This document shows positions 49,564 through 61,733 of a DNA stretch of 64,000 nucleotides, piece by piece. Position numbers and translations under genes: made by a program. Origin of the DNA: Camelus dromedarius (Eukaryota); NCBI RefSeq assembly GCF_036321535.1, contig NC_087436.1, positions 103,790,001 to 103,854,000 on the forward strand. Reading direction: 5' to 3'. The notes below the pieces were generated by a model, which saw nothing but the letters and a program-made list of their open reading frames with translations, had not been told where the DNA came from and ran no database searches. Numbering within the stretch: the stretch's first letter is position 1; each line of letters starts with the position of its first letter.

Positions 49564-50721
49564 CAATGAGTTTTACCCTCTCCAACTCAAACAGCTCTTT
49601 GAGTCAACTTTCTCTGACCAGTGGAAGCGTATCGCCCCCGCCATGCCTGGGCTGCAGCCCCCAAGGAATCCCTGTGGACTTACACACAGCCTCTTTCATC
49701 ACTCCCCCGCCCCCGCCCCAGATGAAACACAGCATCGTGGCGCTCAGCCAGACTCGATTTCCTTTCTTTAATGTTCTCCATAAAGAAAGGGAATGTAACT
49801 TATTTTGAATGAGATTGTCTCACAACGTAACAAAAACCAAGCTATCATGAGTATAGTCTAAATGCATTCAAGGGCCTAGAGGGTAAAAAAGAAAACACCC
49901 CAAGAATTTCACTCCAAGGTTTGCCGTGAAAATGGTTTACAGCAAAATGTTATTTTACCTCTTGGGGAATCAGTCTGCTGTTTGTCTTTAAATATCTTAC
50001 ACAAACTTTCCCCAAATAATACAGTGGCAATTGTAATAAGTAAAAGCCTATATTTGACCCTTAAATGTGTTCTCAGAATGACAAAACACTGACTGCCTTA
50101 GAAAAAAATAATTATTAAAAAATGGCTTGGAATCCATGATGAGACTTTCAAACCCAGCATTTTACCTGACATAGCCCCTTGACAGGGAACAAGAAATGGC
50201 TATAAAGTAAAACCCCAAAAACAACAGTCATACACAGATGTTGGCAAGCATATTTCAGGACATGTTGGAGGAAGCAGCACCTTTGATTCCGCAGCCCCAG
50301 ATTGGGTGAACAGCACCCCTTAGACAAAGAACACGGAGTTAGTACGACTTACTTCTTTTTTGTTGTTGTTGTTAGGAAGATAAAACACATAAAACAGATA
50401 AAAAGTTCTCTCAGAGCTGAATTTTAAAAATAGTTTTGATCTTTCATAAATTTTTTATTTTTATCTATTTATTTTGGGGAGTAAACAAAGTTTATTCTAG
50501 AAAGAGCAACTCATTGAGAGATAAAACTTTTAAAATTTACATATGTGTACTGTTCATTGTTTCTAAGAACAGTTTAGAGCTTTAGCTTCTTAAACTTACA
50601 TAGTTTTCAAAGGAATGAAGCCAACCACAAAATAAGAAACAACAGATGTAGTAATCCAATCATAAAGGACAGTCAAATGTTCTTACACATATTCAAGAAA
50701 TCAATCATCTAAGTTATAGAT

Positions 50722-51068
50722 AATAAGTAGTTCATTTGTGTCCTTTAGTTTTAGATTTCACATATAAATGATATCAAATGGCATTTTTCTTTCTTTTTCT
50801 GGCTTTTTTCACTTAGAATGACCACCTCCAGGTCCATCCATGTTGCTGCAAATGGCATTATTTTATTATTTTTTATGGCTGAGTAGTATTCCATTGTATA
50901 TATGTACCACAGCTTTATCCAGTCATCTGTTGATGGACATTTGGATTGTTCCATGTCTTGGCTAGTGTAAATAGAGCTGTTGTGAACACTGGGATGCATG
51001 TGTCTTTTTGAATTAGAGTTTTCTCCAAGTATATGCCCAGGAGTGGGATTGCTGGATCATATGGTCAA
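50722..51068 (-). mobile_element. Relatively young L1 fragment lacking the extreme 3' end
   Basis: ORF 50751-50999 KCPSTDDWIKLWYIYTMEYYSAIKNNKIMPFAATWMDLEVVILSE is the ORF2 C-terminus; no poly(A) or TSD seen. Confidence 0.92.
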
Positions 51069-52036
51069 TGATGAGGGTACATTACACATAGATCTCAAAA
51101 TCCATATTTTACAACAACAAACAAAATTGACAACAACAGACCAGATCAAACTGGTGTTTACATTGGCAGTTTTTCCAACAAAGCATTCTGAGCATCTCTC
51201 AACCTCACTTTTCCTTTATACTTGATCGTGATATTTAAACCGCTCATGAGAGAGAATCTTTGAGTTCCCAATGCCACCATTACCTATGCACCATCCCTTC
51301 AATGGGACTGAGAAACAGTTCAATGATAAGTCCTGTGGGGCATATTTTTGGAGAGGAACCAGTTCTTGACAAAATTCATTTGTATATTCAATGAACAATT
51401 TTTGAATGTCTGTTACATGTGAGGCAGTTTGAAAAAAAGAGTATATTTTTGGTGTCTCCACCTTTCCTGGCAACATCAGCCCTTTTTCTGTGATACCTTC
51501 CCTCTCGTCAGACTCTCCGTGTCCATCCCTTACCTCATCATGGTTACTTACCATCTCCTCCCTCGAAACTTGATTTTATGAAAAGCTCTAATATCCACAC
51601 ATTTCTCATTGTATCTCCAGTCCTACAATAGGGCATGGCTCACAGTTACAAAGTTTATCATTGATTTATTCAAATAGAGTGACCAATTCATATTTTCTGA
51701 TGAAGGAATCAGTGAATGAATGAATGAACTTTACTATGTCTATTTGATTAAGCAAAGTAACTTTACCCTGTCTATATGTTCTCAGAATAATGAGCAAAAG
51801 TAGAGTCTTTCCTCTTTAGAAGGAGCCATACATGTGGATGGACTGATTCTGAGGCAGTGAGATGAGAAAATTTAGAACCAAACAAAATTCTATTTCTTGC
51901 ATCAGTTTTTGGTTTAGTGTGGTTTGCTTTGCTTTACTTTGGCCATTTAAATTTCAACTCCTAAAAGATAGAAGATATGCATTGGAAGAGGTGCCTACCG
52001 TACAACATACATGCCTATAACAGATGATAACGTCAC

Positions 52037-52957
52037 TGTTGGAGGAGGTCACTGAGAGGATGTGACCACCAGGTGACCTGCGAGCTGGATCCAGGCAATC
52101 AGAAGTCCCTTACCCCTTCCTCTGTCCTTAAAAGATAATTGCAATGGGGAAGCAAAATTTGTTACCCCAAAATGTGTCCATTTGGCATGACGATAAGTTT
52201 AGGCTGATTATTTTTAAGAATCAGGAGACTCAGAAAGTCTTTCTTTTTGTCTCCCCATTAGTTACCTAAAAAAATTAGATAAAGGGCCTGTTCCCAGAAC
52301 AGAGCCATCACCAGAGATAGAATATGAGCTGGATGGGGTGGTGGAGATCGGAGACCACGCTGTGTCCATGGTCTCTGCATGGCCAGCACACATTTATCAA
52401 GCATTCGCTTTACCATCTCCTTGTGAAGTGCCTTCCTCCCCTCTGAAGTCTCATATCACTACATCCAACATCCTCTTTCGTCTTTAGTTGAAGATGGTAT
52501 TCAAGGTGAGGGCTTCCACCGTTTTGGCAAATTACTCAGTTTTCCTGGGTCTCCCATGTATACAATTTATAACGTTGTTTGATTTTCTCCTGTGAATCTC
52601 TTATGTCAGTGTAATTCTGAGACCAGCCAGAAGTACCTAGAAGGGGAGGGGAAAACTTCTTCCTCCCCAACACTGCTCACCATTCCCACAGGGGGAGCCG
52701 TTTCCAAGGACACAGGCTTGAGAGAGCAGGTGGTGTTGAGACCATCTGGATGGTATAAGTGACTGTTGCCAGTTAAGGCCTTTACATAAACATTTAAGAT
52801 CCTGGAGGGTAGGTGTGGAGACCTACTCTCTTGCCCAAGACAAGCCTTGAATGTAAATTCTTGGCTTATTAAACCTGCCACCTACCAATCTGGAGTGGTG
52901 TCTCTTTCTTCAACCTCTCTTTAATTCTAGGTCAGGGGGCCAGTTTGCAAACCAACA
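52037..52957 (+). mobile_element. ERV solo LTR (probably ERVL class), outer element of a nested pair
   Basis: Inverted termini tgttgg / ccaaca, 5-bp flanks gtcac / atcat, tacataaa TATA-like site and attaaa poly(A) signal in the right half. Confidence 0.7.
52140..52672 (+). mobile_element. MER34A-like ERV1 solo LTR nested in the previous LTR
   Basis: ggggaagcaaaatttgttaccccaaaatgtgtccatttggcatga..tttaggctgattatttttaagaa..ttcctccccaaca. Confidence 0.8.
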
Positions 52958-53404
52958 ATCATACACTCACTTGACAGGAAAGAACACAGCACAGCTTTTT
53001 GTCCTTATTTTCTTAAGTAATATTTAAAGAGAAGAACTTATGCTAGTTACTTGATAAAACAAGTCTTAAAGTTGGGCTGGAATCTATTATAATTTTTAAC
53101 TCTCATCCTAATGTAGGTATTTTATGTTTATAACAGTTAAAGTTAATTTTTGTGCCACTTTCTCAATAAAAAATTCAATCATAAAATGACATACCCTTTC
53201 TCCTTTCTGCAGCTCATCGGAAAGAAGTCAGCTGAGCCCCAAGACAGATTGGCCCCAGCAACTCATGGGGTGGCTGGTCTCTGAAGGCAAGCAAAATTCT
53301 TTGGAGAAATTGCAGGGCAATTTCCAAATCTTTTTAGTAATCAGTGTTTCAGAGGACTGAAGTCAATGGATTATTGCTACTAATGTGTTAGATCAAACAT
53401 TCAT

Positions 53405-53600
53405 ATACTTAGGACTCAGAAAGACATATTTTTGGACTTCTACCCTATTTCTTTCTAATTATATGAAGGAATAATAATTTTCCTAGGCAAGTTATTTAAC
53501 CTTGCTAAGCCCTGATGTCCTGATTTGTTCAAAAGACTATGTGAGGAGATAAGAGTACAGTGTCTGGCACAGAATAAACCCTCAATAGGTATCAGCTACT
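53405..53600 (+). mobile_element. MIR
   Basis: taggcaagttatttaaccttgctaagcc..cagtgtctggcacagaataaaccctcaata. Confidence 0.65.
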
Positions 53601-53724
53601 AGGAAAATGATGGTGGAGGTAGCAGTCAGGGGAGACGGAAGTGGGCAGGAAATTCACATGGTTGCACATAACTAATGATGACTTGGAAGACAATGGGGAG
53701 CAAGAAGGGAAGACAAGAGAAGCA

Positions 53725-53935
53725 TGTGATTTTGAGCATTTATCACGTGACAGGCACAGCCCGAAATTCTATCCCCCATGCCTTCACAGCAGATAGTGAC
53801 CAGCATGTCCGTGTCAAAGATGAGAAAACGAGGCCCAGGAATGTTTTATGTAATTTACCAAAGGTCACTTACCTGGGAAAGGACAAAGTTGGAATTCAAA
53901 CCTATGTCTTTGTGACGTCAAAGTCCAGGCTATTT
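53725..53935 (-). mobile_element. MIR
   Basis: ttgagcatttatcacgtgacaggcac..agatgagaaaacgaggccc..taatttaccaaaggtcac..ggaattcaaacctatgtct. Confidence 0.75.
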
Positions 53936-54509
53936 TAGTATCGTAGCCTGGTTTACAAGACCAGCTGATCTTATAACGTAGCCCAAAATACAATCATCAT
54001 AGGGAACCACTCAGCTGGGTTCCACTAGGCAAAAAGATTGAAGTCCTATAAATTCCATATAATAGCCAATCACTCACGGTAGCTCCATGTGGCCATACTA
54101 TCAACACCTTTCATGTTGCACTCATATACTTAAGCTTCACCACAGCATTTTCAAGCAACACAAAATCGTTATGATAGCATTCAGCAACACTGACTTTATC
54201 AGTTAGCTGGCAACATTCAATTAGTGAAAGGCTAGGTTCTACTAAAAACACTCCAGGAAAGATTTCTAGATCTCCAGAAACTGACTACAAACTCGAGTGG
54301 CTTTCAGAAATGACTTGTATTGAGCTCTGTGGAGCTTTGGGCTTTCAAAATGCCAATCCCTTTATATTTCTATCTTTTTCCTGTCAAATGTGAGGGTTTC
54401 ATCACACCATCATTCATGTCCCTCCATGTCTGTAGCCTGGACAAGCTCCCTGGGAGGCCAGGTGGGCTCTCCATGGCATGATTTGGTGTTCCTCCCAAGA
54501 ATACATCCA

Positions 54510-55420
54510 ACATGATAAATTAAACATATGTAAACTAAATTAAATGACAACAAGAGAAAATACAGACATAGCAGGAAGGTAAGACCAGGAGGAAAAATTA
54601 AATGAAGCCATGAAAGTGATAAGATCTTAGAGGAAATAATACTGAGACAAAAGTAGAGCAGTGAGGTTCTGATGGCTAAGAATTTACCTTTATAGATAAA
54701 TTAATTTGATTATAATATCCATATTGTCTTTGAGAAAAGAAAAAAATACATACAATTTCTTTAGATGAAACAAAGATTTTTCCTGGAACTTCAGTGCATA
54801 CCAGAGCTGTCCAACAGAAATATGATATGAGTCACATATGCAATTTTTGATTTTCTAATAACCACATCTAAAAATGTAAAAAAAAAAGTACATTAATTTT
54901 AATAACATTTCATCTAACCCAATATAACCAAAAATTATCATTTCAATATGTAATCAATTTGGAGAAAAGTTTTCAAAATATAGTGTATATTTTACACTAA
55001 TATACTGTATTACTCTCAGAGACACTGAATTTTCATTGGAAATACTTAGTGTATATTTAGATTTCATAAAATGAATGGTGGAAAAAGTAGATTCACATAA
55101 CCAAATTGTTCCAATATACTTAAAAAGTTTTCCCATTGCTGCATATTCATTTTTTAAAGTTAAATCAATTACAAATTAAGTAAAATCTATTTTCTCAGTC
55201 ACAGTAGCCATATTTCAGGTGCTTAATAGCCACATGTGGACAGCACAGGTCTAAATGAAAGATCGTGTACAGGTGTATCCAGAGGATACGGAGTAATACA
55301 GAGTTCAGTGTCTTCAGCAATCCTCCTACAAAACTTTGATTTCTTCAGGACATCCCTCAGTGTAAGCTGAGGGCACCGTGCCAAAGTCCAACTCAGTACT
55401 AAGCAGAAAGTCGAAAGCCA
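54510..55420 (-). mobile_element. Probable L4 (RTE-X) ancient LINE, interrupted by Charlie1
   Basis: catccctcagtgtaagctgagggcaccgtgccaaagtccaactcagta resembles a remembered L4 consensus; highly diverged. Confidence 0.5.
54802..55248 (-). mobile_element. Charlie1a/1b hAT DNA transposon, non-autonomous
   Basis: Termini cagagctgtccaa / tggacagcacag; ORF 54954-55136 GTIWLCESTFSTIHFMKSKY matches the hAT C-terminal dimerisation motif. Confidence 0.9.
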
Positions 55421-55606
55421 TGAGGTCCACTTACCCTACTCTCTGATGATTTAGGATGAAAGGACCTCTCAAATGCCCTTCAGTCTACTCTCTGCGTCTC
55501 TTATCTCCCTTGGCTGAGTTTTTCATTCACAGACTAAAGAAAATAATATTCATGGGCACGAGTCAAAAGTTCAAGTAACATTTTTCTTGATTAAGAATAA
55601 TCCAAA

Positions 55607-55677
55607 TTTGACACAACATTGTAAAATGATTATAAATCAATAAAAAATGTTAAAAAAAAAAAAAAAAGAAAAGAAAA
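55607..55677 (+). mobile_element. Young camelid-type micro-L1 (71 bp) with TSD
   Basis: tttgacacaacattgtaaaatgattataaatcaataaaaaatgtt plus long A tail; TSD aagaat(a/g)atccaaa at 55593-55606 and 55678-55691. Confidence 0.9.
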
Positions 55678-56864
55678 AAGAATGATCCAAACGTTCTGAA
55701 AGCCCCATGGTGGAAAACGGATAAGAATATCCAAGAACAAAATATACACAAGTTCTTTTAAGAATTAAAAAGATTATTTTTTGAAAACTCATGAATCAAA
55801 AAGAAATCATATGTAATTTTAATACTAATAAATACTGTTTGAACAGAAAAGAATATAGAAAGCATCCTAATTTACTTTTATCAAGCCACCATAACCCTTG
55901 TAACAAAGCCTAAAAAAAGATATCATAGATTTAAAAACAACACAAGTTAAATTTAAAATGCCAGTTTCTTTTATGAATTTGAAAATCCTTTGCACTGTTT
56001 TACTCTTCTCAATCCCCTGATCTCTAGTCCAGTTATAGAAATTGATGAGCTCAAGCATTTTTATGTCAAGGGTTAGGTGATAGAGAAATTACCAAAATAC
56101 AAGTATTATAGTAAGTAAAAAAAAAGGGGGGGGGAGGGGGATAGGTGCTTAATCAGAATTCCTTAATTGAAAATAAAAAGAAAATTTCCCCCGTTTTTCT
56201 CATTTGCTGGAAATTGAAAATGCCAGTCCTGTCTACAGTTTTGCGAGGAACTTTCCACTTAAATTGACACATCCATCTCTTGAGAAAAATCCCGTCGGGA
56301 AGGGTCCTTGGGTTCCATATTGACTCCAGCCGGTCTCCTCCTCTGGCAGCCAGAGATGATTATCTGCACCATAGGGTGCACAGAATAAATAAAGATTAAA
56401 TGATTATCAAAATGTGACCAACATCTGAGCAAACAGCATGCACCTTGGCGGGAGGGATACCAGCATTAAGGCAAATCACATCCAACTGTGGAAATAAACT
56501 TGTCAGATGCAGGCTGCGGCTGCAATCCGGGTTATAGACCTTCTCCTGGGCTGCCTCGCTCCTGAGAATGATTTCAAAATGGTTCAACAGCACGGGCCAG
56601 CCTCCCACAACCTCCTAGGACTCCCCTCTGCTGGCTGCCTTGCTCCCTGTCAATTTCATGTCTATACCTGTCAGAGATCAAAGCGTTTGAACTCTAAGTC
56701 CTCATTGGAGGGAACTGGGCATAAGGAAATGACAGTATTTGTGTGAGGTCTGGGGAGGAAAGAACTGTTGATCTGGTGGTCTCCACAGTTTGGCAGGGTG
56801 AGAGATATCTTTGGTAGACTACGCTGAAAGGAATGAGATCGCTCTCAAAGGGAGTGAGTGGGGC

Positions 56865-57085
56865 AGGCTTACTGGATGCCAGGCACAGTGTGAAGAGATT
56901 ATCCCTTTATTCCACCCCACAGGCCCTATGGAGTAGGCGCTATTATTATCCCCATGTTTCAAATAAAGAAACCAAGGTACAGAGAAAGGAAGTAACTTTC
57001 CCAAGGTCACACAGCCTAGGAAATAGGGGAGCTGAGATGTTAACCCCGGGTGGTGACTCCAGAAACTTCTCTCTTAACAGCAGTC
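56865..57085 (-). mobile_element. MIR
   Basis: tattattatccccatgtttcaaataaagaaaccaaggtacagaga..aagtaactttcccaaggtcacacagc. Confidence 0.85.
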
Positions 57086-57714
57086 CTACAGTGCCACCCT
57101 CTGGGCCTGCTGGGAAAATCCACTTGCCAATGAAATCTAGTCAGGTAAGAGTTTCATCCAAATGTAAACCTCAAGGATGGAAGAGAACATTAGGGAAAGC
57201 TGATGGTAGGGAGGTTGTCCATTTACAAACAAACAAATACTTGACACTTGTATGAATGACACATACCAAAGAGAAAGTCAGCTGAATGTTACAAAAGAAG
57301 TAATATAATTTCAAAAATTGGGAGGAAATGTGAGAATACTAATCTTTTATGGCAGAAATTCAAACTCCAAATGTAGTTTTTTTAAAAAAATCGTAGAGAC
57401 TCCAACTTCTTAATATTTTGCATAATCTCTTTAGTGGAATATTTTAGGAAATAACACCTCTTACAGTGATAAAAATCCATTCAAAGTTTCACCTTTTCTT
57501 TTATCTTTATTTTTCTCTTCTGTTCAATTCAAATGAAATTAAAGAAAATTTTAAAACTCTCTTAAAAGAGCACTGATAGCTGTATCCTATTTTAATAGAT
57601 GGATATATAGAAAAATATCTGAAATGAGGTGAGTTCCTCAACATGTGAATGGTGTTTATTTCTGGATGAAAGTATTTGGGAAATTTTTCTTTTATTAACA
57701 TTATTTCTATTGTT

Positions 57715-58040
57715 AGGATTTCATTCATCAGTTGTTATGTATTTGCTGAGCACTTACAATATTCCAAGAATTGTTCCTGGCTCTGGGGATACAGCAGTGA
57801 ACAGAACAAACCCAGTCCTTCCTCTGCTCCACAGGGGAAGCAGACAATAAGCAGCGCCGTGTGATGACAGGTGGGGCTATTTTTATGAGGATGATGATGG
57901 AACCTCCCCATGGTGCAAACATTTAAATCAAGAACTAAAATAAGCGCAAGAGGGATCCACTCAAGGACCTGAAGGAAAACATCAATGTAGAAAGAAAAGC
58001 GACACAAATGTCCTGGGGCAGGAAGGCTGTAACAAGGATG
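57715..58040 (-). mobile_element. L2 3' fragment
   Basis: ttcattcatc..gctgagcacttac..ctggggatacagcagtgaacagaacaaac. Confidence 0.75.
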
Positions 58041-59789
58041 TCAGTAAATTCTAGTGCTCAGGCTTTCAAACTCAGACCAAGTATTTGGTAAGTCAGATGG
58101 CTTGCTTAATTTCACACTGTGCAGTACATTAGCAGTGTTCAAGTTTCATCTAGCTTTTATTCATTTTCATTTTTCTATTGCTTTCCCCAGCCTACACATA
58201 GCAACCTCTTTTCACTTGGATGCAAGTTCTTGTCCCCATGGGGCACTGAATTTAGCAGATAGCCTGCCTGGGTCTTTTCCCAGGACAATGATCACCTGAG
58301 TGGAGTTGTTAAATGCTTACTTAACTCAACTAATGGCAACACAGAGACTTTTATTGACATTAAACCCTTTCAAAGGTATCTGACAACCTGGCTGAAAGCA
58401 TATAGACCGTGTGAATCTCCCTCATTAATGAGGCAATTAATCATGAGAATTAGCAAACTTCATTGAGAACCAAGTGAACTGCTGTGAAGATGGGGCTCAG
58501 GGCATCTCCCAGAAGTCCCAGTCGGGAAGGGCAGCCCTTCTCAGCTGAGGAGGCCTGCGGTGATTGACAGCTCTGCCTATTGATTTTGGATGTCTGAGAA
58601 CAACTCCCAGGGGGCTGGTATCAGCCAGTCGGAGGCAGAATTTGATGAGGCAGATGGGACCTTGAGGGAAAGCATCAGAAGGCGGAGCAGTGAAGTGCCC
58701 TTTCCTGAACCTCTCAGGCACAATAAGAGATGGTCTGGTTCTCATTTTTACAGGGATTCACTCCCACCAGGCTGCATTTGAAGAAGATGACAGCCCAGAA
58801 GACTCTTGCTCTTTGGTGAAAAAAAAAATTTTTTTAAGCTTCTTCAGCTCAGATTTTTAAACTGCCACCTACTGGCATGTGCTTCAGGGAAGAAGGGAGA
58901 AGCAAAACATCTGGTGCCCAGACCCGCCCTGCCTCCAGTTATGGGTTGTTATAGGTACTCGAGTGTGCGTGCGTGTGTGTGCCCTCTCTTCCACTTGTGA
59001 GCAGATGCCGGCAGCATCCCTCAGGATATAGCTTGTCAGGGAGGCCCCTCACCTAGCACCCCACGTCACCTGACATCAGAGGCAGATGGTGGGATTTTTC
59101 TAAGCAAATGAAACAGCAGGTTGTCCCTGCCTCCTAAACAGGGTTGTCCTGTCTCCCAAACAGTTCTCAGACACATTCAGGTGGAAAAGCATCTGGGAGC
59201 TGTTGGGGTTTTGCCACACACACAAAATAACGACGTGCTAAATTCCATCTTACAAGATAGCTGACGCTCTCTCTGCCAGGAGAGACTGCGTGATATGTGT
59301 GTGGAGTGAAATCTCAACCTGGAGTGCAAAAGCTGCTGTAATCGAATGTGGACCGTTGATCTGAGAGGATTGTGTGCTGCTGGGAAAGCTTTTTCCATCA
59401 GCATCCTCTTGGTACATCACATGTTCATTTATTTCTCTCATCTCTTCACATTGCCTGCGTTTAAGCCTTAGCAGGTGCCAAAATTTTAATTAAAAATTAC
59501 AGGAAGATGATTTTAAGTGGTAAACATTCCAATCTAAGTGTCAACTTTGTTGTTTCTCCAAATTAGGAAAAGTCTCCACTTAACATTTGGTTCTAGGAGT
59601 CGAAGGGCTCTGTCCAGTGTGGTCAGCGAGAACGTAGCATGAGTCTCACACCACAGCTTTCAACGCTGTGAAGGGTCTTTCCTCCTCTTGCCTAGCACAC
59701 ACGCCTCCCTGCTCCCAGCAAGCCCACTGTCGCTCCCAACAAACTTTAAAAGGAGTGGAGGAAATCCCTCAAAAGGCAGTGAGATGGCA

Positions 59790-60154
59790 GGTACCCACAA
59801 AATCCATCCTCTCAATCTGCCCAATGGAATGGAATAGAATGGAAGGTGGGTACTTGGTGGCCTTGCTAGACCACAAGCCCAGCCTTTCTTTCCCTTTGAC
59901 CTGGGTTGTAGGACATGGGATGTGTCTCCTCCAGGTCCCTCCCCATTTCTGGTGGCTGGAACCTGAATGTGGCATCCGTCCAGCCTCAACCATGTGGCCA
60001 ATGGCAGCACCCTAGGGAATGGAAGACCAACCAACCGCCCTGGACTGTGCACATCAGGACTGTTTCATGAGAAAGAAATAAACTTCTCTGTTCATTAGGC
60101 CATTGTATTGTCAGGTCTCTGTTGCAGCAGCTTAGCCTTTCCCTACCTATTACA
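59790..60154 (+). mobile_element. MaLR solo LTR, MLT1J-like
   Basis: ccctagggaatggaaga..ggactgtttcatgagaaagaaataaacttct..tctgttgcagcagcttagcctttccctacctattaca. Confidence 0.75.
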
Positions 60155-61389
60155 GGAATAAATCACAAAACCTGTGCTGTGACTGCAGAAGAAACGCAAC
60201 CATTAATGCTACATGGCCCATGGCTACGTGTTTAGCATTTTTCCTCCTCCAGGATCAGAGCCGTCACATGGGCAGTCTGTTCCACATGGTCTCATGATTA
60301 AATCACTTACATGCCTCGTACAGAGCCTGGCCCATAGAAAGACACTATTGGCTCCCTATCTGGCAGCTGTTTGACATCTTCCAACACAACAAATCAGGTT
60401 CTTCTTGTGAACTTAAATATGCTGAGAATTCTGGCTTGAATGAGCACTCGGATGGTGAGCCAGTAACTAAGACGACAGAAGACCTACAGAGAGAATGAAT
60501 GATTTTTATCAAGCACACAGAGAAAAGGAAGGTGGGCTGGAGAGGGAAGTTCAATCACCCAAGCACTCCTCCAGAAAACTAGCCAGTTCTAAAAGACAAG
60601 TCGAAAGACGCTCCAAAAGAAAAATCAAATAGGGGTTAAAAAAAAAAAAAAAAGACAGCCTATCAAAAATAACAACCAAAACTGATTGGGTCAGAAAGCC
60701 AGAACTGGAAGGAAGGAGTGGAGGAGAGAGAGACACGCCACCAAGCCCATTGCCCTTAATGTAATAACGCAATTTACAGACAGCTGTGATTGACTCTGAA
60801 TAAAAGATTTAATTCCAAATACCACCACTCTCTAGTGGCCTGAGACCCCCAGCTGATCACCTTTGCCTCTATATTTCTTTCTCCATCTGAAAAATGGGAA
60901 TCATGAGATAACTAAATAGAATAACACACATGAAAGAAACATATAGAAAAGAAAGGACATATGTGTGCAAGTTATTCGGCCTTCCTCTGCATTCAGAGTA
61001 AGTGGAAATACGGGTAGGATCTCTGGAGGGTGCTGGCTGGGGAATGGGATAAAAATAAGTTGAGAGTGTTGACGAGGAGAAGGTGAGATGCTGAAATAGG
61101 AACCTAGAAAAGCAGAACAGTAGCAGAACCAGGTATTTTTATCAAGCACACCACTTCCTTCTTTTGTCCCTCACTGCTCTCCTCCCAGCTCTGCTTGCCC
61201 TCACACCTACACACATACACAACCCAGTCTCACCTGCACCCGTGATGGGGCTTGGAGAGGGACCCCACAAGGGGTGGAAGTCAAGCTGGCAAACCACACG
61301 CTCCCAACGGAAGTTGAACAGAGACTGTTTATGAAATCATACATCTTAACAGGTGCTAGGGCATCAAGAATAAATTTTCACAAATGGAG

Positions 61390-61733
61390 AATACAGGCTT
61401 GGGAAAAGGGAGAGTTGTTCAATGGACGTAAAGTTTCAGCTATGCTGGATGAAAAAGTTCTAGAAGTCTACGGCGCATAACATAGTGCCCACGGTGAACA
61501 GCACAGCACTGTGACATTCCGAAAGTAGTTAAGACAGTAGATTTCATACTAAGTATTCTTACCACCAAAAAAAAAAGTACTCAAGGGACAAAAAGGACAC
61601 GGAAAGCTTTGGTAGGTGCTAGATTTGTCTATTACCTTGATTGCAGTGATGGTAGCACAGGTATCTGCAGTACACATTACATATATGCAGTTATTTGTAT
61701 ATTAATTATAACTCAATAAATCTGCATTTTTAA
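61390..61733 (+). mobile_element. L1MA9/10-like 3' UTR
   Basis: gttcaatggacgtaaagtttcagctatgctggatgaaaaagttctaga..tattaccttgattgcagtgatgg..actcaataaa. Confidence 0.85.

Noticed and set aside
53190..53290. Strong plus-strand acceptor ccctttctcctttctgcag with downstream exon
   Set aside because: Only weak or non-canonical donors follow, and the phase-0 frame stops at ~53282.
58590..58781. Protein-looking 63-aa ORF MSENNSQGAG...RRRSSEVP
   Set aside because: No family match that I recognise, poor start context, no good donor, and opposite to the inferred host strand; would need tBLASTn/PhyloCSF support.
59823..59845. GGAAT pentamers resembling satellite DNA
   Set aside because: Only about four units, embedded in an MLT1J LTR.
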